Notes: a model not told the origin generated them from the sequence alone. A DNA stretch of 58,677 nt, filler included, from Jimgerdemannia flammicorona (GCA_003990765.1; 3 parts of 3 records of this genome joined end to end with filler, not necessarily neighbours in it), one strand, 5' to 3'; positions 25,211-39,354 are shown, counted from the whole stretch's first letter. Program-made: numbers and translations.

Positions 25211-26308
25211 ATGACCACTGAGATCTACAACTGTATCCATGCTGACATTTGGAATATCATTGTCAACCGAGCCACACCCCCTCTGCCCCTCATGAATATC
25301 TATAGCCTGACACCCCTCTACTTCATGGAAGCCCGATGGAATGCTCTGAACATGCTTAGCGAGGCCCACCGAATCAGACAAATCTCAAGCTACTACCAGA
25401 TCGGCCACCTCCTGGAAGACATGGTCGAACACCACCACGATACAGACATTACCCAGATGTCTCAACACTAGAAGCTCATTGCCTGCAAACATTGAGAACT
25501 CTTCTATGAGTATAGTACCATTATTCCCTACCTCTGAGTTACTACCAGCAAAATGGTTGCTACCCTGTCCTATGGCCAAATCGATGGCATGATACAAGAA
25601 CTCAACCAGAAGTACCTCGAGTACATCAAAACCACAGACAGAACCTTTCCATACCCCAATGATCATATCCTGCAAATGCCCCAAGTTGGATATGCCATGA
25701 AGGACATCTACAATATAATCCACTTCGATAAAGATAAAGCAGAAGACAATGATCTCTCTGACGCCGACATGATCTCTAGCCAAGGATCTCTGCCAACCCT
25801 GATCACTCTACCAACCTTACCAATGAACTTACAACAGTTCATAACTGTATATGAGACTTATTGGGACAATGACCACTGGCATGAATACCAACCCGCATTC
25901 ACCCCTGATTACTTCAACTACAATGAAGAGACTGGAGAATACAACCTATACCTCCAGACAACCCTTGAGATCGAACCAACTACTCCACCACCTGAGTATG
26001 AGCGACATGAACTACAGCCACCAGCTTACTACAACCCTGCAACTTATAGTGCTGTAATCTATAGAAGGTACATAGACAGTGAATCCAATGAAAGTGAAGA
26101 CAATACACCCATCCTTCGTCTACTGACACCTTATTCAGCCTATGAGATAGACAATGCTATCCTGTAGGATGGAGACAAAGTCCCAATGTATTACTACCTC
26201 AGTGAATAAGGAGAAGTAATCCATAAACCACTCTTCCTAGATAACTACTTTATCAGAGATGATGTCATCGATGGTGATATCATCAAGGACTACCCAGATA
26301 GCATCTAA
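25211..26308 (+). pseudogene. LTR-embedded accessory ORF (best-preserved copy, 365 codons plus stop)
   Basis: ORF-track 25211..25471 and 25553..26167 share a frame; 1098 nt ATG to TAA with a few transition-type stops. Confidence 0.85.
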
Positions 26309-26347
26309 ACCCATAAATAGCCTAGCAGTCATAGTATAGTTAGATTA

Positions 26348-26350
<3 letters not shown>

Positions 26351-26388
<38 letters not shown>

Positions 26389-26395
26389 GTCACTT
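26351..26395 (-). mobile_element. Extremely 5'-truncated LINE insertion
   Basis: T35-ATAGTCACTT flanked by 14-bp duplication TAGTTAGATTAGCC (26337-26350, 26396-26409); absent from the other three LTRs. Confidence 0.85.
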
Positions 26396-27047
26396 TAGTT
26401 AGATTAGCCTTATACGACATAACTGTGAACTGACTCAGCAGTCAGACGATGTCTGGACATGTCAGATTACACTTGTACTATGTGACTGTATTTTGACTCA
26501 GCAAAGTACTTAGTGTTACATCCATATCTAGTATAGTCTAGATAGCCCCTCATTAGTATAAATATCCCCTCCCCCAGACCTCAGAATCTCAGACTCATAT
26601 ACACAAGAACATTCCTGAATACTTTCCCACAATATCCCTTCACACCAACTACTCCTAGTATAGCAATATCATGAATAGCAAATAAACTTATTCAATAACT
26701 CACAAACTACTCTTAAGTAAATCCGCTCCCTGTTAGGTCCCACTCCTAACCCCATCACGAAATTTCCTAATTGGGTATTGTCTGTAGCAATACACCAATC
26801 CAACTAAGCTGGTCTTAGTTTCTTGAACTTCCTGAAATATGGAAAATCCTGAACATTCAGAACTAGTCTGAAAAAGGACTTTGGTTGAAACGTCAACCTG
26901 AACTTGAAATCAATAAGCATAGAGGATGTACTCTATATGAAATTGATCTTGACCATAATAAAACAGTCTTTCAGAATATCCAAAACTTCCAGAAAACCCT
27001 TTCAGAACTATATAATGGTTACCCTAAAAAGCAACCCTCTTACAACT

Positions 27048-27056
27048 TGGTAGCAG
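27048..27056 (+). other. Primer binding site, probably initiator tRNA-Met
   Basis: TGGTAGCAG three bases after the LTR end; complementary to the CUGCUACCA 3' end found in many eukaryotic tRNAi-Met. Confidence 0.7.
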
Positions 27057-27744
27057 TAGTTTACAATCCAATTCTACTTCAAGATGCTTCCTCACCCTGC
27101 TACAAACCCCTCTGTGAATTCCTACAAGTTGGTATAAAGACCAACCTCTGAACTGGAATTTATCCTGAACTATCTGACAATCTGGAGAGAATTGAACCTG
27201 ACATACAAGGACAATTTGACCTCCACACCTACAACAAGTGGGATAAAACTTCATTCAAAGAAAGAAGTACTCAGGTTAAACCAGCAAATAGGTGAAACCC
27301 TATTCACTGAACTCCTTGCACTACACCCAGCAAGTCAAGATGAAGAAGGTCTTATTGAAGTCTTCTTTACTCTTCTCAATAAGAGTTTTGTCAGCTCCAC
27401 AAATCTGAGCGACCTAGGACAACCAGCAGCAGTCTTTCTAGCCTTAGTTCCTCATGAAGCCCAAGCCTCTGTAGCTAAGTGGCTCAACTCTACTGATTTT
27501 CACCATACTAGGACCAAGACCACATTATACTACCGATTTCAGAACAGCAAGGCCTGCCATATTCTTAAAGAAGAAGCAAGAGAAACCCTTCATCAACTAC
27601 CTGACCCCAAATATGAAGCAGGCCCTGCTACAGCCCTACCTGAATCTGAAACCAATACCAAACCTGAACTTGACTTTGAATTAAGTCTATCTGAAATCAG
27701 ATATACAACTGATTCTATCTACTTTAACACTGAGTAAACCCAAT

Positions 27745-29000
27745 TACATGGGGACCAAACCGAAGAAGAGGAGGAGTATCTCAGTGAATTCAATCCCAGA
27801 TATACCACTGAAAGAGAAGTACCTCCATCAGGACAGAATACACCTACACAGCAACAAACAGTTATCTATCAAGCCCTCACTCCAGACCCACAACTACTAC
27901 TCCAGCAACTTATACAGACCCAAAGAACCCTATCACACTCTACACCAGTACCTCAAGTAGTACTAGTAACACCACTACCAGTGGTCCAAGCACCTCCAGT
28001 AAACAATATGGCAAACCAACAGATTCTTGACCTCACAGCCCAGGTAGCCATAATGACAGCAACCATTACTGCCTTAGCTAAATAGACCCGACCTATCAAA
28101 AATCTGAGCCTACCTACCTTCAATGATACTGCACAAGAAGTCCAAAGCTTCATTAGTATAGTTGACACCAACTTCGAAGCCAATCAATAGACCAATGAGT
28201 GAGTTGCTAACTACATTCTGACAAACAATCAAGACCACACTCTGGAACAACTCTTTGCTACTACTACAGCCTATGTCCACCGAGTTGTTATATTCTTTCG
28301 AGGACCTGCCAAAGAATGGTGGTGAACCCTTCCTGAAAAACCCCTCACATGGGATACCCGACCTGCAGTAGTTGCTCAGAATGCAGCAAACAATGCCCCA
28401 GGATATGGAGCCCACCCTGTAGCCCCTGGACTCAAACAACCCATGATTGCTCAATACTACAGCAAAACCATGATTGCTGAATCTCGAGTAAAACTCTGCA
28501 ATCTCAAATTTGATATATATGGTAAAGAAGAATTCGAAACCTTCTATACAAAACTCGAGTCACTCCTGAACACTATTGGCCTAGGATACATTGCCAATGA
28601 TGAAGTAAGAAATAGTACAAGAGCAGACCATTTATTTGATGCCTTGCCTGAATGGCTTACTAGAAAAATCTAAGAACAAGGCTGCCCAGTTGGTTGTAAT
28701 CACCAACAATGATATCTGGCAAGAATCAAGACCATGGTCAAGTGAATCCTAATAGCTGGACCAATTCTGCCCCGAAGGCAATTCAACAACAAGAAAAAGA
28801 CTTGGACCAAAAAAGAAGAACCCAAGCATGAAGCATTCCGAGCTCCCTCCACATCCACCTCATAGACACTCAGAAATCATGAACCCACCCAGCCAAGTAC
28901 CTTCAAGAAACTTACTGAAGGCAAAAGGAATGAACTTCGAAGAAGCGGAGCATACTTCTATTGCTGAAAGATAGGACACATGGCCAGTGCCTGCCCTAAC
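27745..29000 (+). pseudogene. gag: gag region of A3 ending in a CCHC zinc knuckle (start uncertain)
   Basis: Pro/Thr-rich linker, FETFYTKLESL..LFDALPEWL, YFYC*KIGHMASACP. Confidence 0.7.
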
Positions 29001-29069
29001 CGAAAACCACGAACAGCAACATGAGCAACTGTTATCACTCTGCACCACCTCAACAATCTGACCACCAGA

Positions 29070-29480
29070 ACACTGGACTTTGTCAAGTTAAGACAAACTG
29101 CTAAGGCCCCAACCAAAGGAAGTCAAAAAGCAGCTAGATATGACCTGTATGTAGCCGAAGAAGCTATAGTTTCCAACTGAGAAGTCAAACAAGTCTATAC
29201 AGGAATCAGTATCCAAATCCCTGAAGGACATGTTGGAAGAATATGCTGTCACAGCAGCCTAGCACTGAAAGGACTCTCAGTAGAAGAAGGAGTTATTGAT
29301 GAAGATTACACAGGCGAAATCATTGTTCTTATCCGAAACCACAGTTGGACACCCTTCAAGATCTCTATTGGTTTCTGTATCGCCCAGATCCTATTTGAAA
29401 AAATCGAGTCAACCCTGATAGTCAAGGAAGTCCCTGAATTACTGCCCACCATCCAAGGATCCAAAGGATTTGGCTCATCA
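29070..29480 (+). pseudogene. dut: dUTPase domain of copy A3
   Basis: Matches 21115-21525; VIDEDYTGEI, IAQIL, GSKGFGSS. Confidence 0.9.
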
Positions 29481-29699
29481 AACAAGGCCCCAGTCCAACC
29501 TACTATGAGCAAAGAAGAATAATTCTACAAGAAGATTGAAGATGGATATGTACCAAGTGGCTGATGCCCTCATAGTATTGGAATGTACTCTTTCCAAATG
29601 ATTGATGATTGCTTCTCTTGTATCAATGAACTGGCTCAAAGAAGAACTAACAGAAGAAAAGCTCAAACAACTGAAATCACCACCATTGGAACAGACAAA

Positions 29700-32600
29700 C
29701 TACTTACACTTAAGGCTTTTGTCAATTGAACATCTGTCAAGATCATGATAGACAGTGGTGCCTCAGGCAACTTCATTAGTAAAGAGACAGCCAACAGACT
29801 TAAGGTCTTCACCTCTCCAGTACAGCAAACTCAAGCAGTTGCTATAGCTGATGGAACCTCACATGTTATTAGCAAAGAAGTTTGTAATCTATTCTTCTGA
29901 ATTAGTGACTACCGAGTACATGTTATCCTCTAAATCATACCACTTCCTGATAATGAAATCATCCTTAGGACTCCATGGTTAAAACAAGAGAACCCTATGA
30001 TCGATTGGGTAAACCATTCTCTGACCATCAAGAAAGGATGCCACAACTTCAAACTATAAGGTGAGAAGGACCCACTCAACTCTAGTGACCCTGGACCAAA
30101 GATCACCCACATCAACAAGCTACAACTCAAGAAATTAGCCAAGAAATGCTCTCTCTTCACCATCTCCATCCGTCCATCCAAAGGAGAACCCGAGAACTCT
30201 GAAGAAGATTTTTTCAAAGTTGATAGCCATGTCAGACCACTACTCCAGAAATTCCGAGACATATTTCCAAAGAAGCTCCCAAAAGGCCTACCTCCCAAAC
30301 GAGCAGTAGACTATGCTATCAAGACTATCCCAGATGCCAAACCAGCCTTCAAGTCAATCTACCACATGTCTCTGAGAGAAATTGATGCACTCAAGAAGAA
30401 AATCAATGAACTCCTAGAACAAGGATTCATCAGACCCAGTATATCACCCTATAGTACACCAGTCCTCTTCATTGTCAAGAAAGGAGGAGACCTGTGAATA
30501 TGTATTAATTACTGTGACCTCAATGAACAGACCATCAAGAACTGTTACCCACTTCCGAGGATCGATGAAATATTCGATAGACTTACCAACCCACAATTCA
30601 TGAGCTCCTTTGACCTATGAAATGGCTATTGGCAAATTGCTATGAAAGAAGAAGATATCTACAAGACAGCCTTCTGAACTTATTATGGACACTTCGAGTT
30701 CCTGGTTATGCCCTTTGGCTTAACTAATGCTCCTGCAACCTTTCAGACACTGATGAATATCATTCTGCATCTATACCTAGATAAATTTGTTGTTGTCTAC
30801 ATTGATGACATCCTAGTCTTCAGCAAAACCCTGGAGGAACATCTTGAACACCTTGAACTAGTACTACTGAAACTCCGAGAAAACCAACTCTTTGCAAAAC
30901 TCAGCAAGTGCGAATTTCTCCTGAAAGAAATTCAATTCCTTGGACACATTGTTACTCCAAATGGAATCAAAGTGGACCCCAGCAAAATCTCTGCAATCAA
31001 AGATTGGCCCAGACCCAAGAAGCTGAAAGACCTCCAGTCATTCCTGGGATTAGCAAACTATTACAGGTGATTTGTTGCCAACTTTGCTAAAATTGCTACT
31101 GCCCTCACCCAAATGACCAAGTACAGCAAGAAACAAGAACAACCCTGGACCATGAAACAAGAGAAAGACTTCAACAATCTTGTAACTTGGGGACCCAAAC
31201 AAGATACCGCCTTTCAAGCACTGAAAGATGTCCTGATAACCACTCCAGTACTTTAAGCAGCAAATTCTGCCCTACCATATGAAGTCACCACTGATGCCTC
31301 TGACCTAGCTCTTAGAGCAGTGCTCATGCAAGAAGGACACCCTGTGGCCTACCACTCCCGCAAGTTCAATAATGCCAAAATCAACTATGCAACTCATGAG
31401 AAGGAAATGCTAGCCATCATAGACACTCTGATCAAGTGGCGACCATACCTAGAAGGAGCACACACTGTATTGACTGACCACAAGTCATTAGTCAACATCA
31501 AGACACAGACTACTCTTTTTTGAAAACAAGCCAGATGGATGAAAGTCCTTACCAACTTTGACTACGAAATCCAGTACTGCTCTGGTAAGGAAAATATTGT
31601 TGCCGATGCAATCTCCAGACCACCAATCAAAGAGGTTATCCAAACTCTGACCTTGGTTACCAACACTATCATGGAACAAATCATCACAGCATGTATTGAT
31701 GATAAAGAAGCTCAAGTACTCCAAGAAATCCTGAATAGTGATAATGCTAACAAGCATACATAGTATTATCAATACCAACTGAAGGACAATGCTATCTACT
31801 ACAAAGATAGACTGTATGTTCCAAACAACCAAGACCTCTGAAGAACTATCCTATTCAAATGTCATGATGCCCCTACAGCTGGACATTTAGGATTTGATAA
31901 ATGTTATAAAGTTATCTTCTGAAACTTCTATTGGCCCCACATGGCAGATCAGCTCAAAACCTATATCACTTCCTGTGATGCCTGTCAATGAAACAAGTCC
32001 TCAACACTAGCAAAACCTAGCTTACTTCACCCTATCCCAGTACCATCTGCAAATTGGAAACAAATCTCTATGGACTTCATTATACAACTACTCCGAACCA
32101 AGAATGGGAAAGATGCAATTGTTGTCTTTGTGGACTATCTCAGCAAACAAGCCTACTTTATGCCTACTACCACTACTGCAACAGCACCAGACATAGCCAC
32201 ACTCTTGTTTGACAATATCTTCTACTATCATGGTCTTCCCAAGATCATTATTAGTGACCGAGACCTGAAATTCACCAGCCATTTTTGGAAAGCCCTCCAT
32301 ACATATGTATCTTGGAACAAAACTTGCACTATCCACAGCCTTTCACCCAGAAACTGATGGCCAAACTGAAAGAATGAACCAAACTCTGGAACAAATGCTA
32401 AGGAACTATGTTTCTTATAGACAAGATGATTGATATGAACACCTCACTGTAGTCGAGTTTGCTTATAACAACAGCAAGCAAGCCTCTCTTGGAATGATCC
32501 CATTCTTCACCAATACTGGACAAAACCCAAACACCCCTTTGATACTCATCCAAACTACTGAAGAACCCTCCACAGTTGAAGCTGTTGAAGAATTCTTACT

Positions 32601-33140
32601 CTGAATATATAATGTAAGCCAGATTGTAATCGAGAATTTATCACAAGCTCAAGAACAACAATCACAGTATATTAATTAACACTACTGAGAAGAAATCTTT
32701 AATATTGGAGAAAAAGTTCTACTGGACATCAGAGGATACTGAGTTGACAACCTCAAGCACAGACTATCTACAAAGCTGAATAGCAAGTTCATTGGACCAT
32801 TTGAAGTCATTGCACAAGTCTCTCCAACCTCCTACAAATTGGCACTATCAGATACCATTAAGATTCACCCAGTCTTTAATATTCAACATCTCAAGCGATA
32901 CAATGAGATGATGATGAGCTATTTCCAAACTGGACCACCAAACCACCTGTACCTGTCATTATTAATGATCAAGAAGAGTACAAAGTTGAACAAATTCTCA
33001 ACAAATATGGCAACAAGAACTACCCTGAGTACCTTATTAAATGGAAAGGTTACCCGATCTATGATATAACCTGAGAACCCAAGACCAATCTCCAGAATAC
33101 TACTGACCTAGTTCAAGAATATGATTCCTTGAATAACTAG
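29700..33140 (+). pseudogene. pol: pol of A3 (PR-RT-RNaseH-IN-chromodomain)
   Basis: [48 protein letters not shown]. Confidence 0.95.
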
Positions 33141-33352
33141 AACCGAATACTTCACACCTATCCATACATACTATATATTATCCTCCTGAACATTATAATT
33201 ATCACAAACCAAACCAAAAACTCAGCAAAACAAGACAAGAATACTGAGCCTCTGGAGAAATGGCAAAACTGAAAGTAAGCCTATTCTCCCTATACCACTG
33301 AACAAAATTAGAAGACCCTGACGAGAATATCGAAAGCTAAGAAGGGGAGAGT

Positions 33353-35414
33353 TGTAAGTACACAACCTCTAAGCCACTGAAATTATATGTCACCCTCTGA
33401 ACAAGCCACTGAAATCTCACATGACCTCTGAACAAATCTGAAAATCACCTGCTTGATCACAAAGCTGAGTCAAACTGAAGTTACAGTACACAAAGCTGAG
33501 TCAATATGAAGTCACAGAACACAAGATTTATACAAATGGAATCTTACCAATTAGGACCAAATGCATATATACTGAACACCAAGACACATCAAATTGGAGA
33601 ACCAAAACAAATAACAACCACAACTTCCAAACACACAAACATGATCACTGAGATCTACAACTATATCCATGCTGACATTTGGAATGCCATTGTCAACTGA
33701 GCCACACCCCCTCTGCCCCTCATGAATATCTATAGCCTGGCACCCCTCTACTTCATGGAAGCCTGATGGAATGCTCTGAATATGCTTAGCGAGGCCTACC
33801 GAATCAGACAAATCTCAAGCTACTACCAGATCAGCCATCTCTAGAAGACATGGTCGAACACTACCATGATACAGACATTACCCAGATATCTCAACACCAG
33901 AAGCTCATTGTCTGCAAACATTGAGAACTCTTCTATGAGTACAGTACCATTATTCTCCGCCTCCGAGTTACTACTAGTGAAATGGTTGCTACTCTGTTCT
34001 ACGGCCAAATCGACAACATGATACAAGAACTCAACCAGAAGTACCTTGAGTACATTGAAACCACAGACAGAACCTTCCCACACCTCAATGATCATATCCT
34101 ACAAATGCCCCAAGTTGGATATACCATGAAGGACATCTATGATATAATCCACTTCAATGAAGATGAAGCAGAAGACAATGATCCCTCTGATGCCAACATA
34201 ACCTCTAGCCAAGGATCTCTGCCAACCCTGATCACTCCACCAACCTTGCTGATGAACTTACAACAGTTCATAACTATATATAAGACTTATTGGGACAATG
34301 AGCACTGGTACGAATATCAATCTGCATTCACCTCCAATTACTTCAACTACAATGAAGAGACTGGAGAACACAACCTATACCTCCAGACAACTCTCGAGAT
34401 TGAACCAACCACTCCACTACCTAAGTACGAGCAACATGAACCACAGCTGCCAGCTTACTACAACCCTACAACTCATAGTACTGTAACTTATAGAAGGTAC
34501 GCAGACAGCGAATCCAATGAAAGCGAAGACAATACATCCATCCTTCATCCACCAACACCTTATTCAGCCTATGAGACAGATGATACTATCCTGTGGGATA
34601 GAGACGAAGTCCCAATATATTACTACCTTAGCGAATAAGGAGAAGTAATCTGCGAACTACTCTTCCTAGATGACTACTTCATCAGAGATGATGTTATTGA
34701 TAGTGATGTCATCAAGAACTACCCAGATAGCACCTAAACCCATAAATAGCCTAGCAGTCATAGTATAGTTAGATTAGCCTTGTATGACATGACTGTGAAC
34801 TAACTCAGCAATCAGACAATCTCTGGACATGTCAGATCACACTTGTACTATGTGACTGCATTCCGACTCAGCAAAGCACTTAGTGCTACATCTATATCTA
34901 GCATAGTCCAGATAGCCCCTCACTAGTATAAATATCCCCTCCCCCAGATCTCAGAATCTCAGACTCGTACATACAAGAACATTCCTGAATACTTCCCTAT
35001 AATATTCCTTCACACCAACTACTCCTAGTATAGCAATATCATGAATAGCAAATAAACCTATTCAATAACCCACAAACTACTCTTAAATAAATCTGCTCCC
35101 TGTTAGGTCCCACTCCTAACCCCATTACGAAATTTCCTAATTGGATATTGTCTGCAGCAATACACCAATCCAACTAAGCTGGTCTTAGTTTCTTGAACTT
35201 TCTGAAATACGGAAAATCCTGAATATCCAGAACTAGTCCGAAAAAGGACTTTGATTGAGATGTCAACTCAAACTTGAAATCAATAAGCATAGAGGATATA
35301 CTCCATACAAAATTGATCTTGACCATAAGAAAACAGTCTTCCAGAATATTCAGAACTTCCAGAAAACTCTTCTAGAACTATGTAACGGTTACTCTAAAAA
35401 GCAACCCTCTTACA
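33353..35414 (+). repeat. 3' LTR of A3 (accessory ORF 33641-34737)
   Basis: PPT before it; TGTAAG...CTTACA; TSD after it. Confidence 0.93.
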
Positions 35415-35883
35415 TTAATGTTCAATGCCTCAAGCAATATAATGAGAATGATGACAAACTATTTCCAAACCAGATCACCAAACCACTTGCACCTGTCATT
35501 ATTAATGATCAAGAAGAGTACAAAGTTGAACAAATCCTCAACAAATGTGGTAACAAGAGCCACCCTAAGTACCTTGTTAAATAGAAAGGTTACCCAATCC
35601 ACAATGCAACCTAGGAACCCAAGACCAATCTCCAGAATGCTATCAACCTAGTTCAGGAATATGATTTCTTGAACAACTAGAACCAAATACTCTGTACCTA
35701 TCTATACATACTATATATTATCCTCCCGAACATTATAATTATTGCAAAACCAAACCAAGAACTCAGCAAAATAAGACAAGAATAGTAACTCTCTGGAAAA
35801 ATGGTAAAACTGAAAACAAGCCTATTTCTCTCTGAAAATTAGAAGGCCCCAATGAGGATGTCAAAAGCTAAGAAGGGGAGAGT

Positions 35884-37935
35884 TGTAAGCACACAACCTC
35901 TAAGCCACCGAAATTATATGTCACCCTCTGAACAAGCCACATAACCTCTGAACAAATCTGGAAATCACCTGCTTGATTATGAAGCTGAGTCAAACCGAAG
36001 TTACAGTGCACAAAGCTGAGTCAATATGAAGTCACAGAACACAAGATTTACACAAACAGAATCTTACCAATCAGGATTAAATGCATATATACCAAGCACT
36101 GAGATGCATCAAATCAGAGAACCAAAACAAACAATAACTATAACTTCCAAATATACAAACATGACCACCGAGATCTATACCCATATCCATGCTGACATTT
36201 GAAATGCCATTGTCAACTGAGCCACACCCCCTCTGCTCCTCATGAATATCCATAGTCTAGCACTCCTCTACTTCGTGGAAGCCTGATGGAATGCTCTGAA
36301 CATACTTAGTAAGGCCCACCAAATCGGACAAATCTCAAGCTACTACCAGATCAGCCACCTCCTAGAAGACATGGTTGAATACCACCACAATACAGACATC
36401 ACCCAGATGTCCCAACACTAGAAGCTCATCACCTGCAAACATTGAGAACTCTTTTATAAGTACAGTACCATTATTCCCTGCCTCTGAGTTACCACCAGCG
36501 AAATGATTGCTACCCTGTCCTATGGCCAAATTGACAACATGATACAAGAACTCAACCACAAGTACCTCAAGTATATCGAAACCACAGACAGAACCTTCCC
36601 ACACTCCAATGATCATATCCTGCAAATGTCTCAAGTTGGATATGCTATGAAGGACATCTATAATATAATCTACTTTGATGAAGATGAAGCAGAAGACAAT
36701 GATCCCTCTGATGCCAATATGACCTCTAGTCAAGGATCTCTGCCAACCCTGATCACACCACCAATCTTACCAATAAACTTACAATAATTCATAACAGCAT
36801 ACGAGACTTATTGGGACAATGACCACTGGTATGAATACTAACCCACATTCACTCCTGATTACTTCAACTACAATGAAGAGACCAGAGAACACAACCTATA
36901 CCTCCAGACAACCCTCGAGATTGAACCAACCACTCCACCACCCAAGTACGAGCAATATGAACCACAGCCACCAGCTTACTACAACCTCATGACTCATAGT
37001 ATCGTAACTTATAGAAGGTATGCAGATAGTAAAACCAATGAAAGCAAAGATGATGCACCCCTCCTTTGCTCACCAACACCTTACCCAGCATACGAGACTG
37101 ATGATGCCATCTTGTGGGATGGAGATGAAGTTCCAATGTATTATTACCTCAGCAAACAAGGAAAAGTAATTTGTAAACCACTTTTCCTGGACAACTACTT
37201 TATTAGAGATGATGCAATTGATGGTGATATCATTGAGGACTACCCAGACAGTGCCTAAACTATAAATAGCCTAGCAGTCATGGTATAGTTAGATTAGTCT
37301 TATACAACGTGACTGTAAACTGACTCAGTAGTCAGATGATCTCTTGATATATCAGATCACACTTGTACTATGTAACTACATTCCGACTCAGCAAAGTACT
37401 TAGTACTACATCCATATCTAGCATAGTCCAGATAGCTCCTCACTAGTATAAATACCCCCTTCCCCAGACCTCAGAATCTCAGACTTGAACACACAAGAAC
37501 ATTTCTGAACACTTCCTTATAAATATCCCTTCACACAACAACTTCTAGTATAGCAATATCATGAATAGCAAATAAACCTATTTAATAATCCACAAACCAC
37601 TCTTAAGTAAATCCGCCCCCCATTAGGTCCCACTCCTAACTCCATTATGAAATTTCCTAATTGGGTATTGTCTGCAGCAATATGTCAATTCAACTAAGCT
37701 GGTCTTAGTTTCTTGAACTTCTTGAAATATGGAAAATCCTGAACATCTAGAACTAGTCTGAAAAAGGACTTTGGTTGAGATGTCAATCTGATCTTGAAAT
37801 CAATAAGCATAGAGGATGTACTCCATATGAAAATTGATCTTAACCATAAGAAAACAGTCTTCCAGAATATCCAGAACCTCCAGAAAACCCTTCTAGAACT
37901 ATGTAACAGTTATCCTAAAAAGTAACCCTCTTATA
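35884..37935 (+). repeat. 3' LTR of A2 (accessory ORF 36161-37258)
   Basis: PPT before it; TGTAAG...CTTATA (terminal CA mutated to TA). Confidence 0.9.
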
Positions 37936-38540
37936 TCAATACTTACAAACTTTGGTAACTATAAAAAAATTTATAGTACCTACAGCAGAAGACCTTATAG
38001 TAACTATTGGAAATATTATATAGTTAGTATAAAAAGAATTACAGAAGGCTCAGAAGCAATAAGCCAAATATGACAATTAATATAAAAGAGAGGTTTTCTT
38101 TGAAGTAGGAGACTTAGTTCTCTTCGAAGTCTCTAATATAACTATATTAAATCAGACTGGACATTCTAAACAAAGTCTATATTCAAAATATCTTAGACTC
38201 TATCTAGTTAAAGAAATAATATCTGATATATTATACCAAATTAGAACTCTCTCAAGATATGAAAATATATAATATATTTCATATCTCACTACTCAAGCAG
38301 TATACTCCAAATCAAATTCCTAATCAAAAAATACTTTTATTATCACTAATATTAATTGAAGGATAATAAGAATATATTGTGAAACAAATTTTGGACTACT
38401 GAATTATAAAAAGAGTATGAGGAATCTCTTTAGAATATTTAGTAAAATAGAAAGACTATTCTTTATATAACTCTACCTGAGAATTAGAAAGAAATCTCAC
38501 TAATGCTAAAAAAAAGATCTTAGAATATTTGGTATAATAA
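37936..38540 (+). pseudogene. pol: Older, heavily decayed chromoviral integrase C-terminus and chromodomain
   Basis: FEVGDLVL, IFHISLLKQY, EYIVKQILDY, EYLVK*KDY. Confidence 0.75.
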
Positions 38541-39090
38541 GAAAGAAAACTGTAATTTTGCTGATATATCACTCATATTTCCTAGTCTAAGAAAAATAAA
38601 TGAATACAATAGGTCTAGGTAATGTGGGCTAAAGAATATATATAATATATATATTAAATTTGAAAAAGTTAAACCTCTAACTCATAGTTCTAAGGTTAAC
38701 CTACTATCTACTATACTACAAAGTACTAATTGCAAAGATAAAATAAGTAAATATAGAAAAAGTCACAAGAAAATTTTTTATAAATCAAGACTAATAACCT
38801 AAAAAGATTGACTATAAGAATAGTAATAAATATTGGAACAAAAGAAGTATAACTTTCTATACTATCAATGACTCCTATATCTAGGAGTCTAGACAGAGTA
38901 TCTATATTCTGATATAGCCTACCAAGTAACTGATCTGATATAGATTAGTACTTATCAATATAGTCTAAAGTAATAGCTAGCTTTAACTTCAACTTATATT
39001 TAGTCTATATCTAGTAGTATAGTAAGATAAAGCTAAAAACTTCTAGAGTATCAAAATATACCTAATATACAGTATAGCAAATCTTTACCA

Positions 39091-39190
39091 NNNNNNNNNN
39101 NNNNNNNNNNNNNNNNNNNNNNNNNNNNNNNNNNTTAATTAATTAANNNNNNNNNNNNNNNNNNNNNNNNNNNNNNNNNNNNNNNNNNNN
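39091..39190. other. Scaffold gap with artificial spacer
   Basis: N44-TTAATTAATTAA-N44. Confidence 0.97.
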
Positions 39191-39354
39191 CCTCCGCAGC
39201 ATTTGCCACCACACCACCCAGTACTTGGGAGGAAGCCATCTCTGCACCTCAGCACTCCAAGACCAGATACCCACCCAGTCCCACTCCTCGCCGATCCCTG
39301 CCCCCTGCCAGCCACTCGGCCTAAGATCCTGGCCAAGACCCTGCTGACACTCCA
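39191..39354 (-). mobile_element. Young LINE ORF2 C-terminal fragment (5'-truncated insertion)
   Basis: WDWVGIWSW..LPPKYWVVWWQMLR resembles the Trp-rich region after LINE RT domains; retains CpG. Confidence 0.5.

Larger units (their letters stand above)
24923..27044 (+). repeat. 5' LTR of A3
   Basis: TGTAAG...CTTACA; carries a small LINE-tail insertion. Confidence 0.93.
24923..35414 (+). mobile_element. Full-length Gypsy family A copy A3 (~10.5 kb) nested in A2
   Basis: Two LTRs, PBS, PPT, 5-bp TSD TTAAT at 24918-24922 and 35415-35419. Confidence 0.95.
19984..37935 (+). mobile_element. Gypsy family A copy A2 (5'-truncated), host of nested copy A3
   Basis: gag-dUTPase-PR-RT-RH-IN at 19984-24922, resumes at 35415 with chromodomain, PPT and LTR 35884-37935. 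Confidence 0.92.
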
